Assembly (NCBI GenBank): GCA_028023455.1
Contig: JAQFVV010000005.1
Location: forward strand, 16,926,001 to 16,990,000
Direction of reading: 5' to 3'
Source of the DNA: Epiperipatus broadwayi
Lineage: Eukaryota > Animalia > Onychophora
Length of the DNA stretch: 64,000 nt
The notes below the pieces were generated by a model, which made no database searches, was not told the origin of the DNA, and was given only the letters and a program-made list of their open reading frames with translations. This document shows positions 1 to 12,100 of the stretch, piece by piece (positions within the stretch are counted from its first letter, which is position 1; each line of letters begins with the position of its first letter). A program made the translations under genes and the position numbers.

Positions 1-1960
1 TCGCGATAAAATATGCCTCTTATTTTCATTTTCATATCATTTCTCTCAGAGCATGTAGCTTAATCATTAGTTTTATTCTTCAGAATTTGAATTTGATAAT
101 ATTCTGGGTACAGAAATGTTTATAGAAACAAATATTTTATAATCCACAAATCCAAAATATACATGCAACTCATATCGATTTGTTGTTTAAATAAAAAATG
201 TGTTCTTTTGGTTGGTGTAAGTCAAGTGTTCTCAACTAATGAGTTGTAATAATCTTATAAAAACTCTTGTATAAAACTGATAGATTAGTATGTACTTTTT
301 AATATCTTCCTTTCCTCATTTCTTAAATATCATTACGACATTCTTCTATTTTTAATATATATTCATTATTTAGACATTTTTCTTATATAGTTTGTCAAAA
401 TTTTACTTCTTCACCCATTACTTTAAAAATATCTATAATTTTATCATTTTCTGTGGCTTTTTCATTTGAAATACTTTGAATTTCAGAACATGTTGTCGGA
501 ATCACAGTATGCTTTATAAAATTGGACACATTTTGGAGATATCATCTCTTTTTAAAGTTTTTTGGCAAAACAAGTTCTCTTCTAAAAACTTCTTCTCTAG
601 CTCACAATTATATTTGCCAATGTTAATCATTATATGTTTTTACAATAATTTACAAAATTCCACATAATCATTTTTTCTAAAAAAAATTATTTTTTAACCA
701 TTCTCAAAAATAATTTTCTTCAGTTGAAATTTAATATTAAAAAAAATTACTTCCTTTTTATACCAACTATAAATTTAATATTAAAAAAAATTACTTCCTT
801 TTTATACCAACTATCAATGTAACAGTTTTTTATCTTCTTATAGATTTCATTCAAATCTGAACCATCTTTAAAGTCTATTAACATTTTAAAATGATTTTCA
901 AGTTCTATTTTAAATATCTTGGAATGATTCTGAATGTTAAGGATGCCAACTATTAATACTGTCTTCGTTAATCCTATCTGACATTACATTGTAACATATC
1001 TTACATCTCATTAATCTAAAGAACAATACAATTTTGAAGTACAAATATTCTGTTAGTCATAATATATTTCAATTCTGCAGTATTTTCATTTGAATGCTTC
1101 CATACCCATTTCTACTTAACATTTTTTTTTTTTTCAAAAAAAAAGTTAACAAATAACACCTTCAAATCCAGAAAATCGTATTCTCTTTCATTAAGCCATC
1201 ATTCTTTCTTTTTTTAATTATTTAAATTAAAATTGGAAAAATAACATTAAAATATTTGGAATGATCAAAAGAATTCTGTACAGCTATATAAAAATTATCT
1301 ATAACATAAGAATTTATTAGGCATAAATTTTAATTATATGTTCTTGTTATCTTCGTTTAAGTTGAACAATTAGTCTTGCCACTATCAGACTAAATTCGGT
1401 CTCCAGAACAATGTTTTTTTCTTCTTTTATTTGTGATAAATCTCAGTACATTTCCAATAATTGTGGGTTTTTTAAAATTCAATTGTCTTCAACTCTATTA
1501 ACTTTACAAAATCCAATAATATCCCATTTAATATCGGATAGTTATTCCAATTCAAGCAATCTTCTTTACTTGAAAGTGATTTGTAGATAGTTCATCATCA
1601 AATGGCAACCTGGATCCATGAGACTCTTAGCATCTTCAGTCACCAAGGCCTACCATGGCTAATGATGATGAAAATAAGAGCTATAATTTAGTTTTTACCA
1701 TCACAACTGTATTCATAATAAAATCAGAATTCATCCATCCATCTATCTAATCATCTAATTGCAAGAAAAGCAGTCTAAGTTAAAAATTATTAAGCATTTG
1801 AGAAAGACTATTAATATTTTTCTCAATTTTAAATACAAATATAAAAAGCCAATAAACTCACCACATTGATTGGTGCATGGTGATGAGCAGACCATCCATG
1901 TTCATTTATTATGTAAAGAAACCCATTATAATAACAGCTAATTACAATCTTTGATTCAGT
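1..1960 (-). mobile_element. Old, heavily degenerate RTE-clade LINE copy (5' UTR, APE, start of RT), cut by the window start
   Basis: 5' UTR matches 63340-63400. Translated pieces VARLIVQL, KWVWKHSN, KYNCELE and FGFVDY align with the copy at 37403-40663. Confidence 0.75.
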
Positions 1961-2689
1961 TGGACAAGCTAAATAATGGAACTTTTTAGAAACATGGATG
2001 CAGCACAACAGTTCATTGTTCTTCTGAAATGTTTTTATATGGGGATTAGACGCTATGTGAAACAAATATTTTCATACTAACACAGGGGTTCCGCATATAC
2101 AGTGAATATATAAACAGGAAATCCAGATTGAAAAAAGGCAAATATGAATATAATAAAATAAAAATTAGTGAAAGAAGCATCAGACACTTTTGAAATATTG
2201 ATTACTTCAAATTTATAATCAAAAATAAAGAAAAACTTGAAAACACTTAGAAAAGATTAGTGACAAAATAAAAAAGATAATCTAGACAAAAAAAAAGATG
2301 ATGATTGGTTATACAATGATGAATCCGTAGAAGTCAGTATTTTTTTTTAATTGTTTATCAACAAAAAAAAAAGGCAGCAGTTAAGATTCTTATTTCAGTA
2401 ATAGTTTACAAGTTGCCATCAAAATCTTAGAAACAATCTCTATATTATAATCTCCATCAAGGATCAGATATTCTGAAAATAAATAATAATAAAAACATGG
2501 ACTTTATTAATGGGCAAATAATAAGGTATTTCTGCGCTCTGCACATGGTGAAGGTAGTAGAGGTAGATTTAGTGCATTCGGGTAACATAATTCTCAACAT
2601 GTCATTTTTATCTAGTCATTGCAATACTTAACTCTAAAAAAAGAAAATAAAGTTTAGAAAATGAAAATTACATACTATTAAGGAAAAAA

Positions 2690-2960
2690 ACTACAATTTG
2701 TGGCCCATTGAAAAGTGGAAGAAAGTCAAAATTTGATATCGCAACAGATAAGTATCAACAAAAAAAAATCTTTACTTTTAATTGAAACAAGAAATAGAAT
2801 TATTGAAGCAAGTTAAAAAATGTAGAAATGATTAAAATTTGGTATCTTCTGATGACGGAAGAAACAAAAAGAACACATTGATTCCTATTTAGCAGAGTTT
2901 ATGTTGCGCTGACTGCATAAAGATGAAGATGCATTTCTGACCATGATGCATGTAAATAAT
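2690..2960 (+). mobile_element. Degenerate Merlin/IS1595-like DDE transposase fragment
   Basis: HIDSYLAEFMLR*LHKDEDAFLTM resembles the C-terminal H(L/F)xSYLxEFMWR motif; weak GPxKV(E)xxSKF trace upstream. Confidence 0.5.
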
Positions 2961-2989
2961 ATTATGTGTGCATTAAAATTTAAAGAATG

Positions 2990-3620
2990 AAGAATATTAA
3001 CACAAATATCTTGAGGGTGCATCCTGAATGTGAGAAAAAATTATTTGAATATTTCAAAAAATACAAGAATTATGTATAAAACATTGCAAAATTGTACTTT
3101 CTCATCAGAATTTGGCCTTCAAATACCATCTGATTTTAAAGTAACATGGATCACATAAAATAACTCATTATGGACAACCGGATAATCGCAATCCAAAGGA
3201 GACATAGAAACAAGTAAAGCAATGCATAATACAAATAAATAAGACTATAGCAGGAATGACAAGTGATCATGTTTTTCATATGGATGAAACTCCATATTAC
3301 TTCGATATGACAAGAGATTGCACTCTTCACTTTGTTGGAAACAAGAATGTTGATGGTACTGATACAGAGCTCTGAAAACATCGATACAAACAATCCAAAG
3401 AGCATTTGAATGTACAAAATTGCTGCAAATATAAGTAATTACTATGATATTCGGTGAAAAAATGCAAACTATTCTTGAAGAAAATCATGGACTTGAAATT
3501 AAATCTGATCTGGCTGCTGGTGCTGGAAGTGATGAAAACTTAATGGAATCAGATAAAGATGAAAATAATTCTTTTACCACTATCTCAGATTGTTCTGATA
3601 CAACTGTTTCTGAAAATTAG
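2990..3620 (+). mobile_element. Internally deleted pogo/Tigger-type (DDE_1) transposase remnant
   Basis: HPECEKKLFEYF (CENP-B HTH-like), VFHMDETPYYFDM (first catalytic Asp motif), TIQRAFEC (C-terminal). Confidence 0.7.
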
Positions 3621-4238
3621 TTCTATAAATTATATACTTTTTGACAATTTATAATAGTCTTTTAATATTGATAATTTTTCATATATTATTATATTTATAC
3701 TTGCATATAACAATATTTTAGAATTTTAGACTATTTCTATTTTTGTAATGTATAATAATTAAAATTAAAATCATCTTCATTAATCAAATAAATGTTATTT
3801 CAAAATGTGTTTCCATTGAAAAGCTTCTATTTTGGGTTAAAGTGAAAAGCTTAAAAAAGCCAAAACCAAATACAAGCCCATGGCCTTCTTATTGGAAAAA
3901 CCAAGTACCTATAAAAAGTAGTTTAACTCTGAATTGATAAATATAAGAATATTTGCTATTCCTTTTTAATTTGCAGTAAAAATTATTAAGCCTAAATACG
4001 TTTTTACCTAGGATGGACAAGTTTATAGATTTGTTGTAGCACTCTATTGCTTAACTGTTTTAACCTGCCTTCAATTAGAGAATATATAGGGGGAAAATAT
4101 CCAAATCAATAAAAATTTGCTCAAATTGAGAAAATAAATATTACTGTTCAACATGTTGAAAACATAGAAATGGTCCTTCAAATCCAAATTATAATTTAAA
4201 ATTTGACTGACCAGCCTCCTATCATTTACATTCAAAAT

Positions 4239-4381
4239 TACTAAACATCACATGATCACCGTTTTCTATGCTTGCACAAACTGTTAAAAACAGTAGGCAC
4301 TAGCTACAGATTTTATGCAAAATCTTTTTGCTTCCAGTGCTTACTATCACTTGCACTAGGTGGCACTACTGTGTGGAGATC
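4239..4381. mobile_element. Retrozyme-family (~450-nt unit) short fold-back copy
   Basis: actaaacatcacatgatcacc... then inversion at ~4292; flanked by ACATT(C/T)AAAAT at 4228-4238 and 4382-4392. Confidence 0.65.
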
Positions 4382-4989
4382 ACATTTAAAATCCTAATAG
4401 AGCATCACATTTGCCTGACATGTCCACAGTATAGTGTCTTACTGATAAGTCAATCATGGAAATCTATAATAGATTTAAGTAAGCTGATTTTTCTTTCAGA
4501 TAGTTGGCTCGTAACTAAACTAACCATCCACTATTGATCAGAAAATATCTAGCTATTTATTAGATATAGGGCAATAGTCCCTAGTTAATTTAATGAGAGC
4601 CAATTTTCTAAGCATAAAAATATATAATCTAGTGAGATCATATATATATGCACAGAATCATATATCAATCCTTTGCATTTCATGAATTTTTAGTTTCAAA
4701 AGGAAATTTTATTGATAAAAACACTTAATGTTATAATAAAAATGAAAAATAAAAACTATATAAAGAATTTGACATATTTACAATTTGTTAGAATTAGGAA
4801 GAAAAGAAAAAAAAATACTACACATTGCTAAACATTCTAAATTGAATGACTATACCAGCCATTAAAAAAAAAATAATTGAGAAATTAGTTAGAATATCTC
4901 ACTATAGATTCGAGCATGTACAAATATATCTGTAGAATTAATTTTTTGGTCTCTCTTTTTAATTCTATCTAGTTTATTGTTTTTAAATG

Positions 4990-5340
4990 TGTTCATCACT
5001 GTTGTAAAGAAAAAGTCCATATGTAATGATTGCTATCCTATTTTGTAGGTTTTGACACTATCATCAGCCAATGGACCTTTTATCGAGTTAGAAATTGTAG
5101 CTAGCAAAGTACTTATATAAATCATGTCAAATACAACTGTGAGTTTTATTGCATCCAAGATCAGTAAACAAGTTTCACTGCCACAATTTAAACAAGCACT
5201 TAGGATTCTATTCAAAATCTTAATATCTCAAAACTCATCGGTGAGAATTTTGTATCTGAACCTAGTTCACCTGAATCTTCTAAATCTATTGTTACATTTT
5301 CATTTACCATTGTCAAACTCCCTACACTCACAACTTTGAC
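4990..5340 (-). mobile_element. Degenerate non-LTR (L1/Tx1-like) RT fragment
   Basis: KILNRILSACL...LLILDAIK...VFDMI resembles YKILxKILxxRL...LDxxKAFD. Confidence 0.45.
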
Positions 5341-6149
5341 GCCATCCATTTCAGATAAATACACTAATGATTATTACTAATCATTTTCGAAACTAGAGAT
5401 TATATCTAGCACATATATAAACTTTAAACCTCGGTTAAAGATTAATAGATCTGATTTTTTTTTTTTGGGGGGGGGGGGTCATTTGTCTTTTATTATATCT
5501 TTATTTATATGAATTTGATAAGAAAGGGGAAGTGTGGAGGTGTTATTAGGTTATTAGCCTAAAACATTTTAAACCAAAATTTACTTCTACTACAGTTAAA
5601 AGTTTTAATACCTGTTCAGTCATTATATAATTTGATGTACTCAATTTTATAAAATTAGTATTTTTACTTAATCAAAATCAAATATTATTTATGTTGAACT
5701 TTTTTAATGATATCTAGAATATTCGGCAGCTTTAAATTTCACTTAGGAAAAAAAACACCACTTTTATATCATCAGAAAATATATATTCCAACTTTCTTTT
5801 TTTTATATTGCATATATAGGTTAATTTCTATAAAATAGTATGTATTTATGTAGTTCATGGGGGGGGGGGGGCTCTTAGCTTATGGCTGTGATGCACATGC
5901 CCAACCAGAATTCTAAACTTAATTTAAATCTAGAAAAGAAATTGATTAACATGACTCCTTAAGAGTTATTTAAATTGTTTGATAATTATTTACTAGTTAC
6001 AGTAACATTTACAAAATACAAATATTAGTAATAAGAAATAGTATAAGAAGTTAGTTTATAATGAAGATTTAAACAAAAAACAGATCTCACTGAATAAAGT
6101 TCTGTAAAGTAAAAATAAAATAAAAAGATATCTAAAAAATATACGAAAA

Positions 6150-9100
6150 ACAAATGTAATATATACTTTATTGACATTTTTTGTGTTACAAGAGTCTATT
6201 AAGGTCTTCAGAACAATCAAACAGTTTTTTATCTTTATCTTACTGGAGTAAAAATTATCCAGAAACTGTCTTATAAATTTCAACAGTAACTTTCATGCGC
6301 ACTCCAGTGAAGATTACAAATAAAATACCTTTTACTGCTCTTTTATACCTTTTTTAATATATAAAAATACTTTTTTCCCTAAAAAAAAATTATTATGAAT
6401 AAAGTTGCACAAACCAGGTCATTTCAAATCAACTTGAAAGATTTTCTACTTTTTCTAAAAATGCTGTATCAATTGACAATTAATTACAAACAAAAATAAG
6501 TATAAAATTCCAAAAGTCCATTCTCTCACAGTTTTTTTTTATTAAAAAAATTAGGCAAAAAAATAAAGGAAAATTGAGTTTCCAAAAAAAAAAAAATAGA
6601 ATGACTTTAATTACAAATCTTCTAATTAATTATGATATTAAATTTGCACTATTTCTTTAATATTGATAGAAATTCAAATTTCTTAAGATGCAATATAACT
6701 TTTTTCTTAATTTAGGCAATAGTTATAGGCAAATGATATCAATGAAGAATAAAATGATTAAGTTGTCATGACCGTTAACTTTTCTGATTTTTTTTCAATA
6801 AATAATATTTGAAGGCTCACAGATATGGACATATAAACAGGCTCATTTAACAAAAAAAAAAAAATGCATTCAGAGATACAAACTATCTCTGTATGTTAAT
6901 ATTATAAAAAAACAACGCATGAACCCATTTACAGTGAGAGACTTCACCATTATTATAACTCGCAACATTTAAAGAATAACATGAGATTCTAGCTACATTC
7001 AAAATTGCCAAATAAGACATCTATTGCAAGTCACTTCACTGAATTTAACTTGGAAAAAGGCTCTATTAGCATTCTCTCCAGAAAAGCTTTGTCTTTATTT
7101 TTCTCAGCAATTGTTTCCTAATTTCTTGGAGTTCGTTAACAAAACATTTAATAACCGGAAATACCATCTTAATGACTATACCATTTGGTTTGTCACAGCA
7201 ACTTTCAATTATTCTTCATATGTTCATTGAAAAAGTCAATTGTTACCACTGTCCTATTAATTTATCCAAAGCTTCTCATATTTAGTTAAATGTTTCCAAG
7301 CTACAATTTATCAAAATCTTGGTGATTTATTGATCACACAGTCAACTTAATAAAAATATCTTAGTTAGTTTAAAGAATTATAAACATCCTGACTTAGTAT
7401 TTGTATCAATATAGCAGTAGTAACCATTGGTAATGTTTTAGATTTTACTTTCTTGGCTAGTCTGGTTAAATTTTGGATTCGGGGTAATTTTGATTAGTGT
7501 GAACAAGGAGAAATATTACTTCATCAAAATGCAAAATTGAAGTTAAGTCCAGATATGAAGTTTATTGTCCAGTAGTAATACTGCATTACATTTGAAATCT
7601 CTTTCATTGTCAATAATATTGATGTGCAAACACATAATTAACTGAAAACCAATCAGTTCCAGACTTTTTTTAAAAAAATTAAAATTCCATATTGTAGATG
7701 AAATAAGATCAAAGATTTCCCTTTGAAATCAATACATTTCAGAATGGTAAATAAACATATTAGTGATGAATTCCTATTCATTTTCAATGACAGTCTTAAT
7801 TGGTTTTCAACTAATTTAAATTCAACATTTTGTTCATTTTGAATGAAAAAATTTTGCTTTCGTCCATATTAAATTCAAGTACTTTCTTCAATCATTTATT
7901 TTGTTCTCTGGAAGTCAGAGCTTTTAACCTCTTTCATTAATTGAATTATTTGCATATTATTTGAATTTACAATTCAGTTCTGCAAAAAAATGTAGAAATT
8001 TAGGTAGTTTTTTTTTTTTTTTTCAGAAACTTTACATTATTATTTAATTTTTATGCTAAATTATCATGAAGTTGCGACACATAATTGTTCATCAGTCTAC
8101 AAGTTCAATATTTTTTCCATCTTCCCTAATTATTACTATATGTGTTAATTTAGATTTAAAAAGTTACAATTTTTCAAGCATTATCATCTCTATCTATATA
8201 ATATAAAATTATTTTTAATATCAAAGGTGCAAATCTCCATGATTCTGTCTCAAGATGTTCTTTTCTCTAGCTTCTATTCTTTTTACAATCTATACTTTAG
8301 CTTTTTAAGATATTGATTTATATTTTTATGATATACTAAGTAGTACCAAATAAACAGTACAATATTAAAAAATAGCAAATAATTAAGCAATCTCATAACC
8401 ACATCAATATCTATAATTAATTATTAATATCAACTCAAGTACTTTACTAAACAATTTCAGTACTATAAGTGGCTTTAAAACGTCATTACCTAAGATTCTG
8501 AAAAATAAAAAGAATTATCATGTATGAATACATAATCCCATTTTGAAAATGTGAGGATTATTTTAGATTTAATTTCAATATATATATAAAATTACAAAAA
8601 AAAAAAAAATCCAATGAATATAACTTGGAGACTTAATTGTAGAATATATATATATATATCATTAGGGGATATACTTGAAAGAAAGACAGGTTACTTCTGG
8701 AATTCCATATTATAAATATAAGTTAGTCTTGTTAATAAGAAAAGCTTTTTTTCGAAAACATACACTGTTAAAAAATTTTACATTTTTAAAATATAATCTA
8801 TATAAGAATGAAAATATTGCGATTTTAGATTTTAATTTGTTAAATAATAATAATAATAATCAATGCAAACTAAAAGTAATAAAAAGATTGTGATAAAAGC
8901 AGGTATGTCAAAATTTAAATGATTTTTTTTTTAACTCAATGACCACAGCTATCTACATAATTTTCAAAATTTGAACAATATACATATATAACAACACTAG
9001 TAGAAAATTCTTCAATTAAACTCACTTTGATTTCATAACCAGGCTTATATATTTTTTTAATATTTAGTAAAAAATAATAATAAATATGATTCCGATTTCT

Positions 9101-12100
9101 ATAATATTATTTTTAAAAAAAAAAACATTTCCAAATTTAGAAATTGAAAATAATTATTTCCATATCTTCAAAAAAATGAAACTTGGAATTTATATTTTTA
9201 ACCTCTTAAATTGCAATTAATCGGTTCTATAATTTGAAAGTTTCAACATAAAAGTTTTCACAGCCGCTGTATATATAAAAGAATAAATAATAAAACAATT
9301 TTAACATTAATCTCTTTAATAATAACTATTATTTTTTATTTGATGAAAATTTTAATATTATATAATCTCTACCCTACCCTCGTATAAATATATTAGTTTA
9401 ATTAATATCTCTTGAATTATTTCCTCCTTTAATTATTCCTCAGTTATATATTTTTAAAAAGGCTGACTAGTTTCATAAGAATTAATCTTTGAGTGCCAAA
9501 TCAAAGTGAATACTTAATCAAATGATAAAGAAAACGGAATCACAGTTTTTAATAGTTATAAATCTGTCAGCTCCCGATAGGGGCCATCTCTGAATGCTTC
9601 AGGAACTTCATCTTCGTGATTTTTTTTCTTATAGAATCCTTTTCTTCTTAAAAGTTCATTACACTGATCTCGATCCAAACGGCTCAAATCGTTCCTCTGG
9701 AAAAAAAAAAACAACAATAACTTTAAACTACGTGTATGTGTGAGAATATAAACATGCAATAATTTACTATTAATAAAATGGCTTTTTAAAGTAAAATAAA
9801 TAAATGAATTTTGACACACTTAAAAAACATTCACAGAATGACAACTATCAGCCTTATTCGTATAACTTTTTTTGGTACTGATCTTGGTTACATATATTTC
9901 ATTTTCTTTTTATTATTTCTTTAAAAACACTGTGTCAACCAACATCACTAAAGAAATCTGAGTTAGAATTATGACGAGCTCAAAAAATTTCAACAGAAAA
10001 CTAAAAAATAAAAAGGAAACATTTTTCCACTACCAAGCATATTTTTTTCTCTTTAACTTGTTAGAAATTAATTTTAAAATAAACTTTGTGTTCATTGATT
10101 ATATTATTAAAATGTTTTAAATTGAAAAGCAACTGAAAATATTAGACTTGGAGACGTTCATTTAAATTGTTTTTTTTTTGTTTTTAATTAAAAAATAAAT
10201 AATGGTTATGTATTTATATTATTCAAATCTTGTAGCTCTGATGAAGACTGCTGGACAGTCGAAACTGTAAGGAAAATAAAGAAGTTTTTAAGAAAATTTG
10301 TTGCATTAAAGTGTATATGAAAGAAGTGTTATAAGCAATATATATGTTCATACAAATGTGCAGACAAATATGTTATTTTCTCTTAATGACGCTGAAAAAT
10401 GGTATTATATAAATGAATGACGTCATCCAATAGAAAAATATTTTTCTATTAAAGTTTATTATTCTTATATCTTCTTTACTTTTTTTGCATTTCTCTATTC
10501 TTTTATATTAAATTTTTTTTATCATCTCCTCTTAAACAGTAAGCAAAATAAGGGAGTTATAAAAAAAGAATGCATTTAAACATATAAGAGGAGTTGATAA
10601 AAAAAAAATGTCTATTATGCGCTGTGTAAAAACTATTTTTATGAAGAATTCATGTATAAACATTTTAGACAGAAATGATAGGTGTTTCCAGGGAAAATGC
10701 GGATAATACCTCAAGAAATTATTTCAAACTTATTTTCCAGAAAATAAAATTACTTATTATATTAAAAATAATAATAATAAATACATGAAAGCAAGCTGCA
10801 CCTATTCAACACCAAGAATCTTCAATCTACCAACTCTTCAGATTTAAGAGTGTTTGGTATTTCAAATTTTAAATATTACACCTGCATTCTGCCCATCCCT
10901 CTATGTATTTAAATGGATACTGTTCTATACATGAGGGGTCAGAGTGACTTGAAGTCAACATGGGTACGACAACAATATTGGCATCAGCATGGGATTTGGG
11001 GAATTCTATCATCAGATTTCCAATGGTATGGATGGCTGAAGAATTGGAGGTTGGAATAGGTTGAAGCATGTCCATTAAACTGTAAGGATTTGCTATCTTA
11101 ATATAAACTGAGCACTGATTATATACCTACATGGGAGATGGTAATCTGGACCAACTGATGAGTGCTGGCTTAGCATGGAATACATAATTGGTGATTATTT
11201 ATCTTTTCTGCATGTGTGTTGTAATGTGTATCAGTAGTGTAAGATAGTGTGGGTAGTGAAGTAGCTTGAAAGTCTTGAGTTCAAATCCCCTATATTTACA
11301 ATTAGACTCCAGATTTAAGTGTGCCTGGTATTTCAAATCTTATTACTACATCTATATAATGTTTCATCTCTAAAAACAGTTCTTTATTTTTATTATCATT
11401 ATGCAATCTCATGACAATTTTCTTTCTCATATAGATGTTGCCATTTGATCTACCTTTTTCTCTGATACTATCTTTGTTCCAATTTTCATAAGAACCCTGT
11501 CGTATGGAACTTAACAGTAAAGCCCTCTCAAGTTTTCCTGCTGAGATGATAATGAAGGCTCACACTGCCTATTTATGTCAACTCTTTTAGATTCAGTATT
11601 TATATGACCAGCATAGAAATTGTAGTCCCTTTGAGTAAATTTTCTCCGAATGATGAATAATTACTACTACCTCTCAGTCTTTCACATCTACTGAAATATT
11701 GAACCATTGCTGTTTGAGGTTATATTAGATCTCTTCTGTCCTTATCTATAATTTCTTTCCATCCACTACTGACATCTGTAGCTGTAAGTATTTCAGCCAT
11801 CTCTTCAATATTATTTTTACTATTTCCTAACATAACTTGTTGTATGTTTTTATTAGCAAATTATATCTGACTATTCTAATAATGTCCTTCTGACAAAGTA
11901 AATGCAGTAAGAGCTGTAACTTTGAAACTTATTTGTAAAAAAACTATAAGTTTCACCAAGAACAAGAGGATATTATTCCTGACAAACCCGATGAATAATA
12001 CCATCTTGACTCTCTTCATTCCAAAAACTTTTCAAAATTGTGTCACAATAATCTTGAAACATGCATGGTTTATTACCTAAAGCATTCCTTCACTCCTCAG

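Noticed and set aside
6901-6950. SECIS-like 5' half GTGAA-12 nt-AAA on the minus strand
   Set aside because: No complementary 3' helix II strand or GA core at a suitable distance
9465-9525. Hairpin with UGA/GA juxtaposition just after the SELENOM stop
   Set aside because: No purine before UGA, no apical AA or CC, weak helix I; much poorer than 6237-6314
10869-11075. 68-aa ORF MDMLQPIP...
   Set aside because: No recognisable family and no splice partners; lies among repeats
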